A stretch of DNA of 64,000 bases from Leptonemataceae bacterium (GCA_965227295.1 OZ245742.1:4832001-4896000), one strand, 5' to 3'; positions 8,766-19,224 are shown, counted from the first letter of the stretch. A program made the numbers and translations. The notes: a model not told the origin generated them from the sequence alone.

Positions 8766-10048
8766 ATGGGCGCGCCTGCCGTGATCGATTCTCCCGGGAC
8801 TTCCACGCGACTCCGCGACGTTCTGGTCGTGGACGACGATCCCATGACCGCACGACTCATTGCGCACATTCTGCGCGAGACGTGCACGGTGCGCTCCGCT
8901 GAGAACGGCAGCGAGGGCCTCCGTCACATGCGGCATCGGCGTCCGGAACTTATCCTCTGCGATCTCATGATGCCGGGCATGAACGGTCAGGAGTTCTTCG
9001 CCGCCGTCAAGAATCGGCCCGAATGGCGTCAGTGCCGCTCATCTTTCTCACGGCCCGCTCGGATCCCGAGGATCGCGCTGACGGTCTGGAGTTCGGCGCG
9101 GACGACTACATCGTAAAACCATTCTACCCCCGGGAGCTCCGGGCCCGGGTACACTCGCTCTTAAAGTTACGCGAGTATCAGTTAGCCGTCGCCGATCGCA
9201 ATCGGATCATCGAGGAGGAGCTGGACATTGCCGGGCGCATCATGCAGGAACGCATCCTGCCCACCAAAATGCCGGCGTTGCCGTGCATGCGCGCGCATCC
9301 CATCTACCGCCCCATGGACAAGATCGGCGGGGACTTTTACGACGTCATCGACTTCGGTGAACGCCGCGGCCTCATTATTGCCGACGTCTCCGGCCACGGC
9401 ATCCCCGGTGCGTTCATCGCCGCGCTGACGCAAATGGCCTTTCGCCTGTGCACGTCCCGGGGCGGAGAGCCGCATGAAATCTTACAACGAATCAACGAGG
9501 AATTGCTGCAACGCTGCCTGGAAGAATTCTTCGTCACCGCCATTTATCTCGAGTACGATCCCCGGCAACGAACCATCCGCTATTGCAACGCCGGCCATCA
9601 GTGCCGGCCGGTTTTGTACCGCAACGGTGAAGTCCACGTATGGGACGGCGCATCGAGTTATCCTCTGGCCATCGTGGAGGAACTGGATGGGACGACGGAA
9701 ATCGAACAGGTTCAGCCCGGCGATCGATTGTTCTTGTACACCGACGGCATCATCGAGTGCGATGACGGCGAAGAAGTCTACGGCGACGAGCGCTTTCACG
9801 CCTTTCTTCGAGACGAGGGCCACACATCGCCCGAGGATCTTGAAGACCGCCTGCTCGGCGAGTTGCGTAAATACAGCGGCAAGGATTCCTTCTCGGACGA
9901 TCTGACCATGTTGATCCTGGAGTTTCTCGAACGCCCGGCCGGAATCAGGCCCGGCAACACAACGGGAGCGGAGTCGCACAACCAGCGTCCGGGTCCGATT
10001 GAATCACGGCCAAACCTTCACAGCCGCCCCGGACCGCAGGGTAAGTGA
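8766..10048 (+). pseudogene. Response regulator receiver + SpoIIE/PP2C phosphatase fusion (RsbU-like), split by a 1-nt frameshift at ~9025 (pseudogene or sequencing error)
   Basis: Receiver ([20 protein letters not shown]) in one frame continues as SVPLIFLTA...DDYIVKPF and PP2C ([25 protein letters not shown]) in another; one extra G in GAATGGCGTCA restores E-W-A-S-V-P. Confidence 0.85.
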
Positions 10049-10815
10049 CGGCCAGTGCAGCCACAGCTCTTGAACTACGGTATCGTTTTGTTCGTTCGAA
10101 CACGCCCCGAATCGTGGTGTAAGTCGCGGCCAGTGTATATTAAGATCATTTTGGTTACAACTGATTCCAGCTGACGAACGGAGGTCATGCCGGGGGATGT
10201 GGTAAGGCGGACCGGAACGGCGTCTTCATCGTAAAGATCCAGCAAGCGAATCCGCACCCCGGAGCCCCGCTCTATTCGCGGGGCGGAGCGGGTGCGGATT
10301 CGCGCCTTGCAAAACGAATCACCACAACTCCGAAGAGCCGTAGCAAAAATAATCCCTTCATGATTGCACAACTTACTTTACGTTTCTCACGATAGACGCC
10401 GCGAACCACAGCTCTTGAACTACGGTATCGTTTTAGTCGTTCGAACACGCCCCGAATCGAGGTGTAAGTAACGTCCAGTGTACATTAAGCTTTTTTTGGT
10501 TACAACTGATTCCAGGGGCAAGGCCACGCTTGTCGTGGCCGCGGCAGTTGTTCCCCTCCCACGGAGGTCATGCCGGGGAAATGTGGGGTGCGCACCGGAA
10601 CGGCGTCTTCGTCGCAGGAAACGTTACGATAGTTGAGTCGCAAACCGACGCCCGGGTCGACTCCGGCGTGCTTTGCAAAACGAATCACCACAACTCCGAA
10701 GAGCCGTAGCAAAAAAAAATCCCTTCATGATTGCACAACTTACCTTACGTTTCTCACGGTAGACGCCGCGAACAAGGCGCACCGGAACGGCGTCTTCGTC
10801 GCAGGAAACGTTACG
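9968..10815 (-). repeat. Tandem array 1 of the ~329-bp structured repeat family (2 full units plus fragments)
   Basis: CCACAGCTCTTGAACTACGGTATCG starts at 10061 and 10406; 10777-10815 re-copies 10589-10627; 9971-9995 is the exact reverse complement of 24627-24651. Confidence 0.9.
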
Positions 10816-10878
10816 GAAACGGTTCCCATGCTCCGCTTGGGACTTGACACGCGTCCGGTTCTTCACGATCTTTCCCGT

Positions 10879-11544
10879 ATGCTCGCGCGCCACATCATCG
10901 TCACCGCCCCGCTGATCATCGCCCTGCTCTGGTCCTGCGGTGACGTCGAAGCTCCGCAAGAAAACACGGCCCTCACTGAAACCGACGATCGCCCCGCCAT
11001 CGTTTTTCTCGGCGACAGTCTAACGGCCGGCCGCGGCCTCGCCGCGTCGGAGAGTGCGCCAGCGCTCATCCAGGAAAAAATCGACGCGGCCGATCTGGAG
11101 TATCGCGTCATCAACGCCGGTCGCTCCGGCGATACGACGGCAGGCGGGCTCGCGCGATTGCCCTGGTACCTGCGCCCCGAGGTGAATCCGAAAAAGGTCG
11201 TCATCGGCCTGGGTTCGAACGACGCCATGCGCGGCCTGTCGGTCTCCGAAATCGAAGCCAACCTGCGCAAAATCGTCCAGGCGATTCGAGAGTACGACGC
11301 ATCCATCGACATCTTCCTGTATCAAATGTACATCTTCCCGAACATGGGACCGGAGTACTCCGACAACTACGAGAGCGCGTTTCAAAACGTGGCGCGGGCC
11401 GAGGACATCACCCTGCTGCCCTTCCCGCTGGAAAACGTCGGCGGCGTGGCGGAGCTGAATCAGGACGACGGCATTCACCCGAATGTCGAAGGCACGCAGA
11501 TCGTGGCCGAGAACATCTGGAAGGCCCTGCGCCCGCATCTGTAA
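10879..11544 (+). CDS. SGNH/GDSL arylesterase (TesA-like), probable lipoprotein
   Basis: FLGDSLTAG, NAGRSGDTT, LGSND, DGIHPN; LLWSC lipobox-like signal. The longer ORF start lies inside the repeat array. Confidence 0.9.
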   Translation: MLARHIIVTAPLIIALLWSCGDVEAPQENTALTETDDRPAIVFLGDSLTAGRGLAASESAPALIQEKIDAADLEYRVINAGRSGDTTAGGLARLPWYLRPEVNPKKVVIGLGSNDAMRGLSVSEIEANLRKIVQAIREYDASIDIFLYQMYIFPNMGPEYSDNYESAFQNVARAEDITLLPFPLENVGGVAELNQDDGIHPNVEGTQIVAENIWKALRPHL

Positions 11545-11626
11545 AAAAATTGCATCGGAGCGTTACGTTCGATCGTCTTTTCGACGATGGAAGAAATAAC
11601 GCTCTCCATTTAAGGAAGGTACCGGT

Positions 11627-12352
11627 ATGCGCGCATCTCTCCGGCTCTCCATAATATCCCTGGCATTGATTGCGGCCCTGGCCGTCAGCGCCTGTAATTC
11701 CGCGGACGAACGCGATCAACCGTCCGAACCGCGGCCCGTGGTCCTGGTAACCCCCGGCCACACCGACTCCGGCAGCAAAACAGTCGTCCCGGACGACGGC
11801 CCGTACAAAACCTACACCGACGCCGGCACCCGCGAAGAGCTGGCCGCGCAATTGGCCGCCGCCAATGAATACGTGCGTGAACATCTGCCGGACGGCTGGG
11901 AGGCCGAGTACGATTTCTTCAAAGACCGCCTCCCCTATCAATGGCACGGCAACGAGGGCATCGGCATTCGCGTGCGTTTTTATCGGCCCGGGGACGCGCG
12001 CCGCACTCCGCAGATGACGCGGTACCTCTACTATCGTCTGGACGGCGGCTTCGAACAGGGCAAGGACCGTTACATTCGCCCGGACCGCGTCTACGGCATT
12101 ACCAGAGACTTCGTGGTGATCAAACCGTCCTCCGCCACGAGCGACGCGGACTACCAGAGTGAAAGCATCGCCCCGATCTTCGACGAGGCCTTCGGCATCA
12201 ACGACGCGAACACCCAACGTTACAGCGTGCGCATGAAACAGCGTCCCGATCCGCGCTCGCTACGTTCGGCATATCCGCACAGCAAGGCCGCGGTGGCCAG
12301 CGATACGGATCAGAACGCGCGCTATTGGTTGTGGGTGAAAACGTTGCGGTAA
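11627..12352 (+). CDS. Hypothetical lipoprotein
   Basis: AAGGAAGG RBS; signal peptide ending LAVSAC. Confidence 0.75.
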   Translation: MRASLRLSIISLALIAALAVSACNSADERDQPSEPRPVVLVTPGHTDSGSKTVVPDDGPYKTYTDAGTREELAAQLAAANEYVREHLPDGWEAEYDFFKDRLPYQWHGNEGIGIRVRFYRPGDARRTPQMTRYLYYRLDGGFEQGKDRYIRPDRVYGITRDFVVIKPSSATSDADYQSESIAPIFDEAFGINDANTQRYSVRMKQRPDPRSLRSAYPHSKAAVASDTDQNARYWLWVKTLR

Positions 12353-12368
12353 ATTGCAAACGCGGCCA

Positions 12369-13154
12369 TTAATCACGGCGGCCGGGCTGCGATTCGGAGC
12401 CCCGGCGATGCTTCGCAAACATTTCCTGAATATAGGTTACGGCCTGGTGATCCTGCCAGCGATCCAACCAGGTGCGCGCGCCTTCGGAAAGCGGCTGCGG
12501 TAATTGTGAGCCGGCCTCTTTCGGAAACGTCACCGGAAAAAAGAGTGCCGCCACGCTTAGATCGGCGGCGGTGAACCGGTCGCCGACCAGGTAACCCGTG
12601 CCGTTCTTTTGAACGGTCTCGGCGATCCAGTCCAGGGCCTCCACGCTGCGCTCCCGGCCCACGGCAGCATCGCGCTCGTTGATCTTCATGTCGAAACACA
12701 TCATCTGTTTAATGATCGGGAACGAAAACTTAAGCCAGGCCTGAGCGCGCTTCGGCGCGATGCTGTCTTCGAGCATGCAGCGCAGCAGGTAACGACTGTC
12801 GCCGACGATGTCCAGAAAGAACGCGCGCCGCGCCTCCGGGCCGTAGTGATCGTCGAAGCGTGCCTGGATTTCCAGCACGCGCGCGCGGGCCGCCGCGTCC
12901 GCGGGCAGGAGCCGCGGTTCCGGAATCTCTTCTTCGCACCAGGCGAGGATGTTCGCCGAACCGCTCAGGACTTTCCCGTCCCCGGAACGCAGGACCGGCA
13001 CGCTCTTCTGACCGCTCAGGGCAAGCATCTTCGGAATGTGCGTGCCCGGCAGGATTTCCCGGTCCACGTACTCCATGCCTTTGTAGTCCAGGACCCAGCG
13101 GATCTTTTCGGAGTACGTGGAGAATCGAAAATGAAACAGTTCCGGCGCCGGCAT
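12369..13154 (-). CDS. Glutathione S-transferase family protein
   Basis: STYSEKIRWVLDYKG, SVPVL, YLVGDRFTAADLSVAALF. Confidence 0.88.
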   Translation of the reverse strand: MPAPELFHFRFSTYSEKIRWVLDYKGMEYVDREILPGTHIPKMLALSGQKSVPVLRSGDGKVLSGSANILAWCEEEIPEPRLLPADAAARARVLEIQARFDDHYGPEARRAFFLDIVGDSRYLLRCMLEDSIAPKRAQAWLKFSFPIIKQMMCFDMKINERDAAVGRERSVEALDWIAETVQKNGTGYLVGDRFTAADLSVAALFFPVTFPKEAGSQLPQPLSEGARTWLDRWQDHQAVTYIQEMFAKHRRGSESQPGRRD

Positions 13155-13253
13155 ACGTTCCTGTGTCCGCCGGACGCATAACCGGCAACATTTTTCCGAA
13201 TCCGCGGCAAAAATTTATTTATCTCATTGGTTAAATATTTTTTCGTGGTGCGC

Positions 13254-13916
13254 ATGCAAACCGATACCCTCACCTTCCTGAGTCAACTCCGGGAACACAA
13301 CGACCGCGATTGGTTCCAGGCCCACCGCAAAGACTACGAGGCCGCCGCCGCGGACTTCCGCGAATTCGCGGCACGGCTCATCACCGAGGTGAGCCGGTTC
13401 GATGAGAGCGTGAAGACGCTCACACCGAAGGACGTGGTCTTTCGCATCAACCGTGACGTGCGTTTCTCGAAGGATAAGTCGCCGTACAAAACGCACTTCG
13501 GCGCCTTCCTCGCCCCGGAAGGCCGGACCTCGGGCTACGCCGGTTATTACTTTCATCTCGAACCCGGCGGCAACAGCATGATCGCCGGCGGACTGCACGT
13601 CCCACCGACGCCGGCGCTCTCGAAAATTCGCGCCGCCATCGACGAAAATCCGGAAGCATTAGCAAAGATCATCGGCGCGGCGGCGTTTCGTAAGAGATTT
13701 ACGGCCTTCGAAGGAGCCGAAAGACTGAAGACGGTGCCCCGGGGCTACGCGAAAGATCACCCCGCGGCGGAGTTGCTGCGACTGAAAAGCTTTACTGTAC
13801 GGCAAAATGTTGAAGACAGCGACATCATAAAGAGCGGTTTTCTAAAACAGGCCGTCAAAGACTTCCGCATCATCCAACCCTTCATCGATTTCATCAACAC
13901 GGCGCTGCGCAAATGA
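13254..13916 (+). CDS. DUF2461 / TIGR02453 family protein
   Basis: FLSQLREHNDRDWF, FRINRDVRFSKDKSPYK, LKTVPRGY. Confidence 0.9.
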   Translation: MQTDTLTFLSQLREHNDRDWFQAHRKDYEAAAADFREFAARLITEVSRFDESVKTLTPKDVVFRINRDVRFSKDKSPYKTHFGAFLAPEGRTSGYAGYYFHLEPGGNSMIAGGLHVPPTPALSKIRAAIDENPEALAKIIGAAAFRKRFTAFEGAERLKTVPRGYAKDHPAAELLRLKSFTVRQNVEDSDIIKSGFLKQAVKDFRIIQPFIDFINTALRK

Positions 13917-13983
13917 ACGCCAGTCGTTTGTTTGACTTTTATCTTGACACGGCTCTTTCGAGAGCAACACATCACAGACAAAC

Positions 13984-14376
13984 ATGAGCCGTGTAACGAC
14001 GAAATCCCGAAGACTCGATGCCACGTTCGCGGCCCTGGCCGATCCCACCCGCCGCTCCATTCTCGCGCGCCTGGGCAAAGGCGCAGCCACCGTCGGTGAA
14101 CTCGCCGATCCCTTTGACATGTCGCTCCCGGCCATATCAAAACACATCAAGGTTCTGGAAAGCGCGGGGCTCATCAGCCGCACGCGTTCGGGACGCAACT
14201 ATCATTGCCGTTTGCGCGGCGACTCCATGAAAGAAGCGGCCGAGTGGATCGCCGCGTATCGCGACTTCTGGGATCGCAACCTGCGCGCCCTGGACGAGTA
14301 CCTCCAGGAAAACTACGGTCCGGCGCGGACCGCTTCGAAGAAAAAATCTCCGCGTACCAAAAAAAAGAAACGCTGA
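13984..14376 (+). CDS. ArsR/SmtB family transcriptional regulator
   Basis: FAALADPTRRSIL...PAISKHIKVLESAGLI; Lys-rich tail. Confidence 0.92.
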   Translation: MSRVTTKSRRLDATFAALADPTRRSILARLGKGAATVGELADPFDMSLPAISKHIKVLESAGLISRTRSGRNYHCRLRGDSMKEAAEWIAAYRDFWDRNLRALDEYLQENYGPARTASKKKSPRTKKKKR

Positions 14377-14386
14377 GGGACGGGCT

Positions 14387-14812
14387 GTGAAAGTTGAGTT
14401 GAGCGAAACTTACGCCTATCCCCGGGACCTGGTCTTCACCGCCTTCGCGGAGGCCGGCGCCATCGAACGCTGGCTCGGACCCTCGGATGCATTCACCACC
14501 ATCGTTCACGAGCTCGAAGTAAGTCCCGGCGGTCGCTATCGCATCGAGTTCGTCGATCCCGACGGCAATCACAGCATGCTTGTGGGCACGTATCGCGAGG
14601 TGACGCCGCCGGAACGCCTCGTCTTTACCTGGCGTTGGGAGGACAATCCGGAGTTTCCGGACGAAGAGACGTTGGTTCGCGTGGAGTTCCTGGATCAAAA
14701 CGACACCACGCAGGTCGTGCTCGTTCACGAGGGTCTCAGCACACCGCACGCGCGCGAACGCCACACCGCCGGCTGGGGCGGCGCCTTCGAGCGCCTGGGC
14801 CGCTATCTGTGA
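14387..14812 (+). CDS. SRPBCC (AHSA1-like) domain protein
   Basis: VFTAF, GGRYRI, YREVTPPERLVFTW, HTAGWG; typical ArsR-SRPBCC pair. Confidence 0.88.
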   Translation: MKVELSETYAYPRDLVFTAFAEAGAIERWLGPSDAFTTIVHELEVSPGGRYRIEFVDPDGNHSMLVGTYREVTPPERLVFTWRWEDNPEFPDEETLVRVEFLDQNDTTQVVLVHEGLSTPHARERHTAGWGGAFERLGRYL

Positions 14813-14934
14813 TCCTCGGCAACCCGCGCGGCTCCAGAGAAAACGCCCGTGCCCTCCGCCGCAAAAAGTGAACCGCGCAAAAAGATCGTCCTCTAACTCC
14901 GTGAATGCTCAGGACAAGAGCGAGGCTGATCGTT

Positions 14935-15594
14935 ATGAAACTACACCGCATCCTTTTGCTCTCGTTGTTGCCCGTGTTGCTCGCCGGCACCGCATGCCGC
15001 AGCAATCCGGTCGCGCCGGTCGCCGATGCCGGCGTCGTGGGCGTCGGAGTCACGTTGCATCCGCCGTTTTATCCGGGGGATTACTTCGGCAAGACGCCGG
15101 ACGAGGTATACTTCATTCGCCTCAGCGACGAAAGCGACGGCGGCGACTTCGGCTCCCTCGATCTCATGAACCCCGAGAAGGTTTACGTATCCGGGCGCCG
15201 GGACAACGGTCGCCTCTACTTAACCGATGTTCCGCCGGGACGATACGCCGCCGTGGCCGCGCGCTACGAACGTCGACGCAATCCGGGCATCGGCGGGCGG
15301 CCGTCGTCCGGGAGCGGCATGGGCATCGGCCTGGGCCTTCGTTTCGGAACGCCGCCGAACTACACGGTCTTCTTTTCGGAAAACATTGTCCGTTCTTCGG
15401 TACGCACGGTGCGTCGCGGGGAGATCAGCGACCTCGGTTCGTTCGAGATCGACATGGTGGGTGAGATGCAGGAGGCGGACGATGTTCAACGTCATTACAT
15501 GAATCTCATCGCCCCGCAAAAAGAAGGCAACTTCTTCATCAGCACACATCGATTCCTGGGTGTGAGCGAAAAGGTAACGGGTACGTATTCGTAA
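14935..15594 (+). CDS. Hypothetical lipoprotein
   Basis: MKLHRILLLSLLPVLLAGTAC signal with Cys. Confidence 0.7.
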   Translation: MKLHRILLLSLLPVLLAGTACRSNPVAPVADAGVVGVGVTLHPPFYPGDYFGKTPDEVYFIRLSDESDGGDFGSLDLMNPEKVYVSGRRDNGRLYLTDVPPGRYAAVAARYERRRNPGIGGRPSSGSGMGIGLGLRFGTPPNYTVFFSENIVRSSVRTVRRGEISDLGSFEIDMVGEMQEADDVQRHYMNLIAPQKEGNFFISTHRFLGVSEKVTGTYS

Positions 15595-15600
15595 GAGTTT

Positions 15601-15776
15601 GACACCGAGGACCGAGGGGGCGAGGGTTTGGGGAGAGGTTACGTGATTGCGCGTCTTTTGCGCATGAACTGCTTTTATTTTCTGACTTCGCCATGCAAAA
15701 ATAGGCGCGCATGCGCCCGCAGACAATAAGCTTACGCACAGCCTCCACAAACCCCGGCTCCTCGGTCCTCGGTGTC
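15601..15776. repeat. 176-bp inverted-repeat (MITE-like / long hairpin) element
   Basis: 17-bp perfect terminal inverted repeat GACACCGAGGACCGAGG / CCTCGGTCCTCGGTGTC, extending imperfectly inward; lies between convergent genes. Confidence 0.75.
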
Positions 15777-15796
15777 CGTCTTAATCCCGACTCAGC

Positions 15797-18448
15797 TTAA
15801 CCCGGGTCTCGCAGCACGTGCAACGGCGCGGTGCGGGCGACATCACGGCTGATGAACAAACCGATGGCCGTGTTCAACACCACCACGCCGGCGATCGTGA
15901 GCAGCACCGGCAAATACGGCACCACCGGCGACGCCTCGAAGAACTGCGCGAGCATGGGCCGATTCACCGCCTCGGCGAGCAACCAGCCGCAGAGACAACC
16001 CAGCACCGCTAAGATCGCGTACTCGGCGATTAAGATCTTGCGCAGGTCTCCCCGCGCGGCGCCCAGAACTTTCAGCAGCATCATCTCCCGCAGGCGCGCG
16101 AAACGACCCGCCGCCACCGCCCCGCCGAGAATGACGACGCCGTTCAAAAGCGTAATCACCGCGAGAATGCGGACAATCAACGAAATACGATCCAGGATCA
16201 GGCGAAAGTTCGCCGCGGCCTCGGTAACATCGATTACGCTCAAGTTAGGGAACTGCTTCACCAGGCGTGTTTGAAAGCGGGTGCGCTCTTCCTCGCCGGC
16301 AATGCGAAAGCTCGACACGAAGATACGCGGGGCGTTTTCGATCAAGCCCGGACTGAGAATCAGAATGGAGTTCGGTCGCATGGCCTGCCAGTGAATCTTA
16401 CGAAAGCTCGTAACCCTGGCCGTGAGTGGAATGCCCTGGATGTCCAGCGTCACCCGATCACCCAGGTCGACGTTCATGCGATCGGCCCACTCATCACTCA
16501 CGCTGACCTCCTGCTCGCGGGCGCCGCCCTCCCACCATTCACCGGCGACCAGGTCCTCGGAATCCAATAGTTCGTCGCGGTACGAAACGAAGTACTCCCG
16601 CGTACGCAGGCGATCGTCCCAGGTCCGCTGGACCGCCGATTGTTCGATGTTGCGCCGCTCGATGGCCTGACCGTTGATCGACGCGATGCGCGCGCTCACC
16701 AGCGGCACCAGCGTTACATTTTCCACCGCCTGGTTTTCGATTTGTTTCTGAAAATCAGCGAGCTGGGAAGGCTGCAAGTCCACGACGAACATGTTCGGCA
16801 GATCGGCGCGGTCCTCGACGGCGATCTCGCTCTGGATCGACGCTTCCAGGATCAAGACGCTGGCCACGAGCAACACACCGATGCCCACGGCGGTGATCAC
16901 CGCGGCGGTCTGGTTGCCCGGGCGATACAGATTCGCGATGCCCTGGCGTAGATGATAGTTGCGAATGTGCGGCAGCAGGCGGCGCGTGCCGTAGATCACC
17001 AGGCGGGCCGCGAGAGCCAGGACCAGGATCGCACCGGCGATGGATCCCGTAAATGCGAACGCCATGAACACTGAGTTCGTTTGCGTGACGGTTAACAAAA
17101 GGACGAAACCGAAGATCAGCGCCGCGGCCCCGCCGAAGACGAGAGCGTCACGCCAGTCAAAGCGCGCGAAGGCGCTCTCGGTTTCGTCCACGCGGCGCAG
17201 GACCCGCAGCGGCGAAACCCCGCGAATGCGATACACGGGAAAGAGCGTAAACAACAGCGTCGCCACGATACCCGCCGTGAACCCCTGCACGCACGCGAGC
17301 CAGGAAAAGCCGATGTCCAGTTCGATCGGCAAGAACTCGCCGCCGAGTTCCGACGCTGCGAACTTCGCGCCGAGGACCGGCAGCGCCGAACCGGGAATCA
17401 CGCCGATCAGACTGCCCGCGGCCCCGAGCACCAGAGCGAGCATTAAGTACAATTGAAAGACCTGGCCGGGCCGCATGCCCAGGCTGCGGAGAACGGCGGC
17501 GTGGTCGAGCTTCTCGCGAATGAACACGGTCATGGCGCTGCCGATGCCCAGGCCGCCGAGCAGGAGCGTGATGAGTCCCGCCATCGTAAGAAAGTGCGAG
17601 AGCCGGTACAGAAAACGCTGCACCCGATCGGCGCTTTCGCGAAACGTTTGAATGGTCACGCCGGCATCGATGGCGTCTTCGAAGCTCTGCGTCTTGAGTT
17701 CCTCGGGATCGATCTCCGGAGGCAACGCGAACAATCGCTGGTAACGCACGCGGCTGCCGAAGCCCACGAGTCCGGTGGCGTCCAGGTGATTCGCGTGAAT
17801 GTAGACGGCCGGGGCGAAACCGAAACCCGAGGCGGGACTGCCCGGTTTCTTGAGGAACGCGGCGGCGATCGTAAACTTCTGGCCACCCAATGTTACGGCA
17901 TCGCCGGCCTTCAGGTCCATCATCGACAGCAGCACCGTGTCGGCGATCATGAGCGGCCGTGTGCCTTTCGCGAGTTCCTGCCAGTGATCGGCGGGTTCGG
18001 TTTCGATCTCGCCGTAAAACGGAAAGCCGCCGCCCACCGCCCGCACACGAACCAGGCGCGTGCGTTCATCTTCATCGTTGGCGCTCTCCCCGGCACCGAC
18101 TGCTCCACCCGCCGTTTCGCCGGCGGTGTCGGCGGTCGTGCCGTCGCTGTACAACATGGAATAGAATTCCACGAGCTCGGCCGACTCCGCGCCGGCTTCG
18201 TTTTTCCAGCGTTCGCTCAGTTCGGCGGCGATGCCCTCGTCGAGACTGCGTGACGAGCGCATCATCAAATCCGCGCCCATGAGGTTGCGCGCCTGCTTCT
18301 GGATGCCGTCCTCCAGGCCGAGGACCGCGGTACGCACGGCCGTCAAAGAGGCCACGCCCACGGCGATGGAGAAGATGCAGAACATCAACTTACCACCGGA
18401 GCGACGCGTCTCGGCGAGGGCCAATCGAAACATCGCCGTCAAACTCAT
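15797..18448 (-). CDS. ABC transporter permease, FtsX-like (YbbP type)
   Basis: Two FtsX-type transmembrane blocks; IAVGVASL, LMGADL, PNMFVVDLQPSQ. Confidence 0.9.
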   Translation of the reverse strand: MSLTAMFRLALAETRRSGGKLMFCIFSIAVGVASLTAVRTAVLGLEDGIQKQARNLMGADLMMRSSRSLDEGIAAELSERWKNEAGAESAELVEFYSMLYSDGTTADTAGETAGGAVGAGESANDEDERTRLVRVRAVGGGFPFYGEIETEPADHWQELAKGTRPLMIADTVLLSMMDLKAGDAVTLGGQKFTIAAAFLKKPGSPASGFGFAPAVYIHANHLDATGLVGFGSRVRYQRLFALPPEIDPEELKTQSFEDAIDAGVTIQTFRESADRVQRFLYRLSHFLTMAGLITLLLGGLGIGSAMTVFIREKLDHAAVLRSLGMRPGQVFQLYLMLALVLGAAGSLIGVIPGSALPVLGAKFAASELGGEFLPIELDIGFSWLACVQGFTAGIVATLLFTLFPVYRIRGVSPLRVLRRVDETESAFARFDWRDALVFGGAAALIFGFVLLLTVTQTNSVFMAFAFTGSIAGAILVLALAARLVIYGTRRLLPHIRNYHLRQGIANLYRPGNQTAAVITAVGIGVLLVASVLILEASIQSEIAVEDRADLPNMFVVDLQPSQLADFQKQIENQAVENVTLVPLVSARIASINGQAIERRNIEQSAVQRTWDDRLRTREYFVSYRDELLDSEDLVAGEWWEGGAREQEVSVSDEWADRMNVDLGDRVTLDIQGIPLTARVTSFRKIHWQAMRPNSILILSPGLIENAPRIFVSSFRIAGEEERTRFQTRLVKQFPNLSVIDVTEAAANFRLILDRISLIVRILAVITLLNGVVILGGAVAAGRFARLREMMLLKVLGAARGDLRKILIAEYAILAVLGCLCGWLLAEAVNRPMLAQFFEASPVVPYLPVLLTIAGVVVLNTAIGLFISRDVARTAPLHVLRDPG

Positions 18449-19224
18449 GCGCGCGCTCCCCGCGTTGCTTTTGCGCGGCGTTTGCCCTTGCCGGCAGGCC
18501 CGGTCTTTGATTTCGGCTTTGCTCCGGATTTCGATTTTGGTTTTGATTTTGATTTAGGCTTATGTTTCACGATCTCTTCCACGCGGCCGTCTTTCAAACG
18601 CACTTCGCGCGCGGCCATGCCCGCGAGCTGGGGGTTGTGCGTGACGAGCACCAGCGTGCAGGTCTTGTTCATTTCGAGTAAGATGTCCATGACCAGATCG
18701 CCGTTGGAGGAATCCAGGTTGCCGGTGGGTTCGTCGGCGAAGAGGATCTTCGGCCGGGTCACCGACGCCCGGGCGATGGCGACGCGTTGTTGTTCACCGC
18801 CGGAAAGCTGGGACGGGTAATGCCCCTGGCGATCGCCCAGGCCGACCCGTTCCAGCAGTTCCGGCGCGCGGTCGGCCGCGGCGAAGTCGCCGAGGATCTC
18901 CGCCGGCACGCGAACGTTTTCCAGGGCGGTGAGCGTCGGCAGCAACTGGAACGACTGGAAGACAAAACCCATCTCCCGGCCCCGTAGCTCGGAGAGGTCG
19001 TCCTCGGAAAGCGCCGTGATGTCGGTACCGGCGACGAGGATGCGCCCTCGGGTCGGCCGATCCAGGCCGGCGAGCAGGCCCAGCAGGGTCGACTTCCCGC
19101 TCCCGGACTGCCCGGTGATGGCCACGAATTCGTTTTCGGCGATGGTCAGATGGATGTCATTCAGGACGGTGAGCCGCGCGTCACCTTTCACAAAATCGCG
19201 GCCGAGGGATTCTATTTCGATCAT
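18445..19224 (-). CDS. ABC transporter ATP-binding protein (YbbA/LolD type)
   Basis: GQSGSGKST, LSGGEQQRVAIAR, ADEPTGNLD; ATGA overlap with the permease; Lys-rich tail. Confidence 0.93.
   Translation of the reverse strand: MIEIESLGRDFVKGDARLTVLNDIHLTIAENEFVAITGQSGSGKSTLLGLLAGLDRPTRGRILVAGTDITALSEDDLSELRGREMGFVFQSFQLLPTLTALENVRVPAEILGDFAAADRAPELLERVGLGDRQGHYPSQLSGGEQQRVAIARASVTRPKILFADEPTGNLDSSNGDLVMDILLEMNKTCTLVLVTHNPQLAGMAAREVRLKDGRVEEIVKHKPKSKSKPKSKSGAKPKSKTGPAGKGKRRAKATRGARA

Noticed and set aside
10061..10815. Diversity-generating retroelement template/variable repeats
   Set aside because: Differences between copies are not confined to adenines on either strand and no reverse transcriptase is present.
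10633..10878. Long N-terminal extension of the arylesterase ORF
   Set aside because: It reads through the repeat array; the signal peptide begins at 10879.
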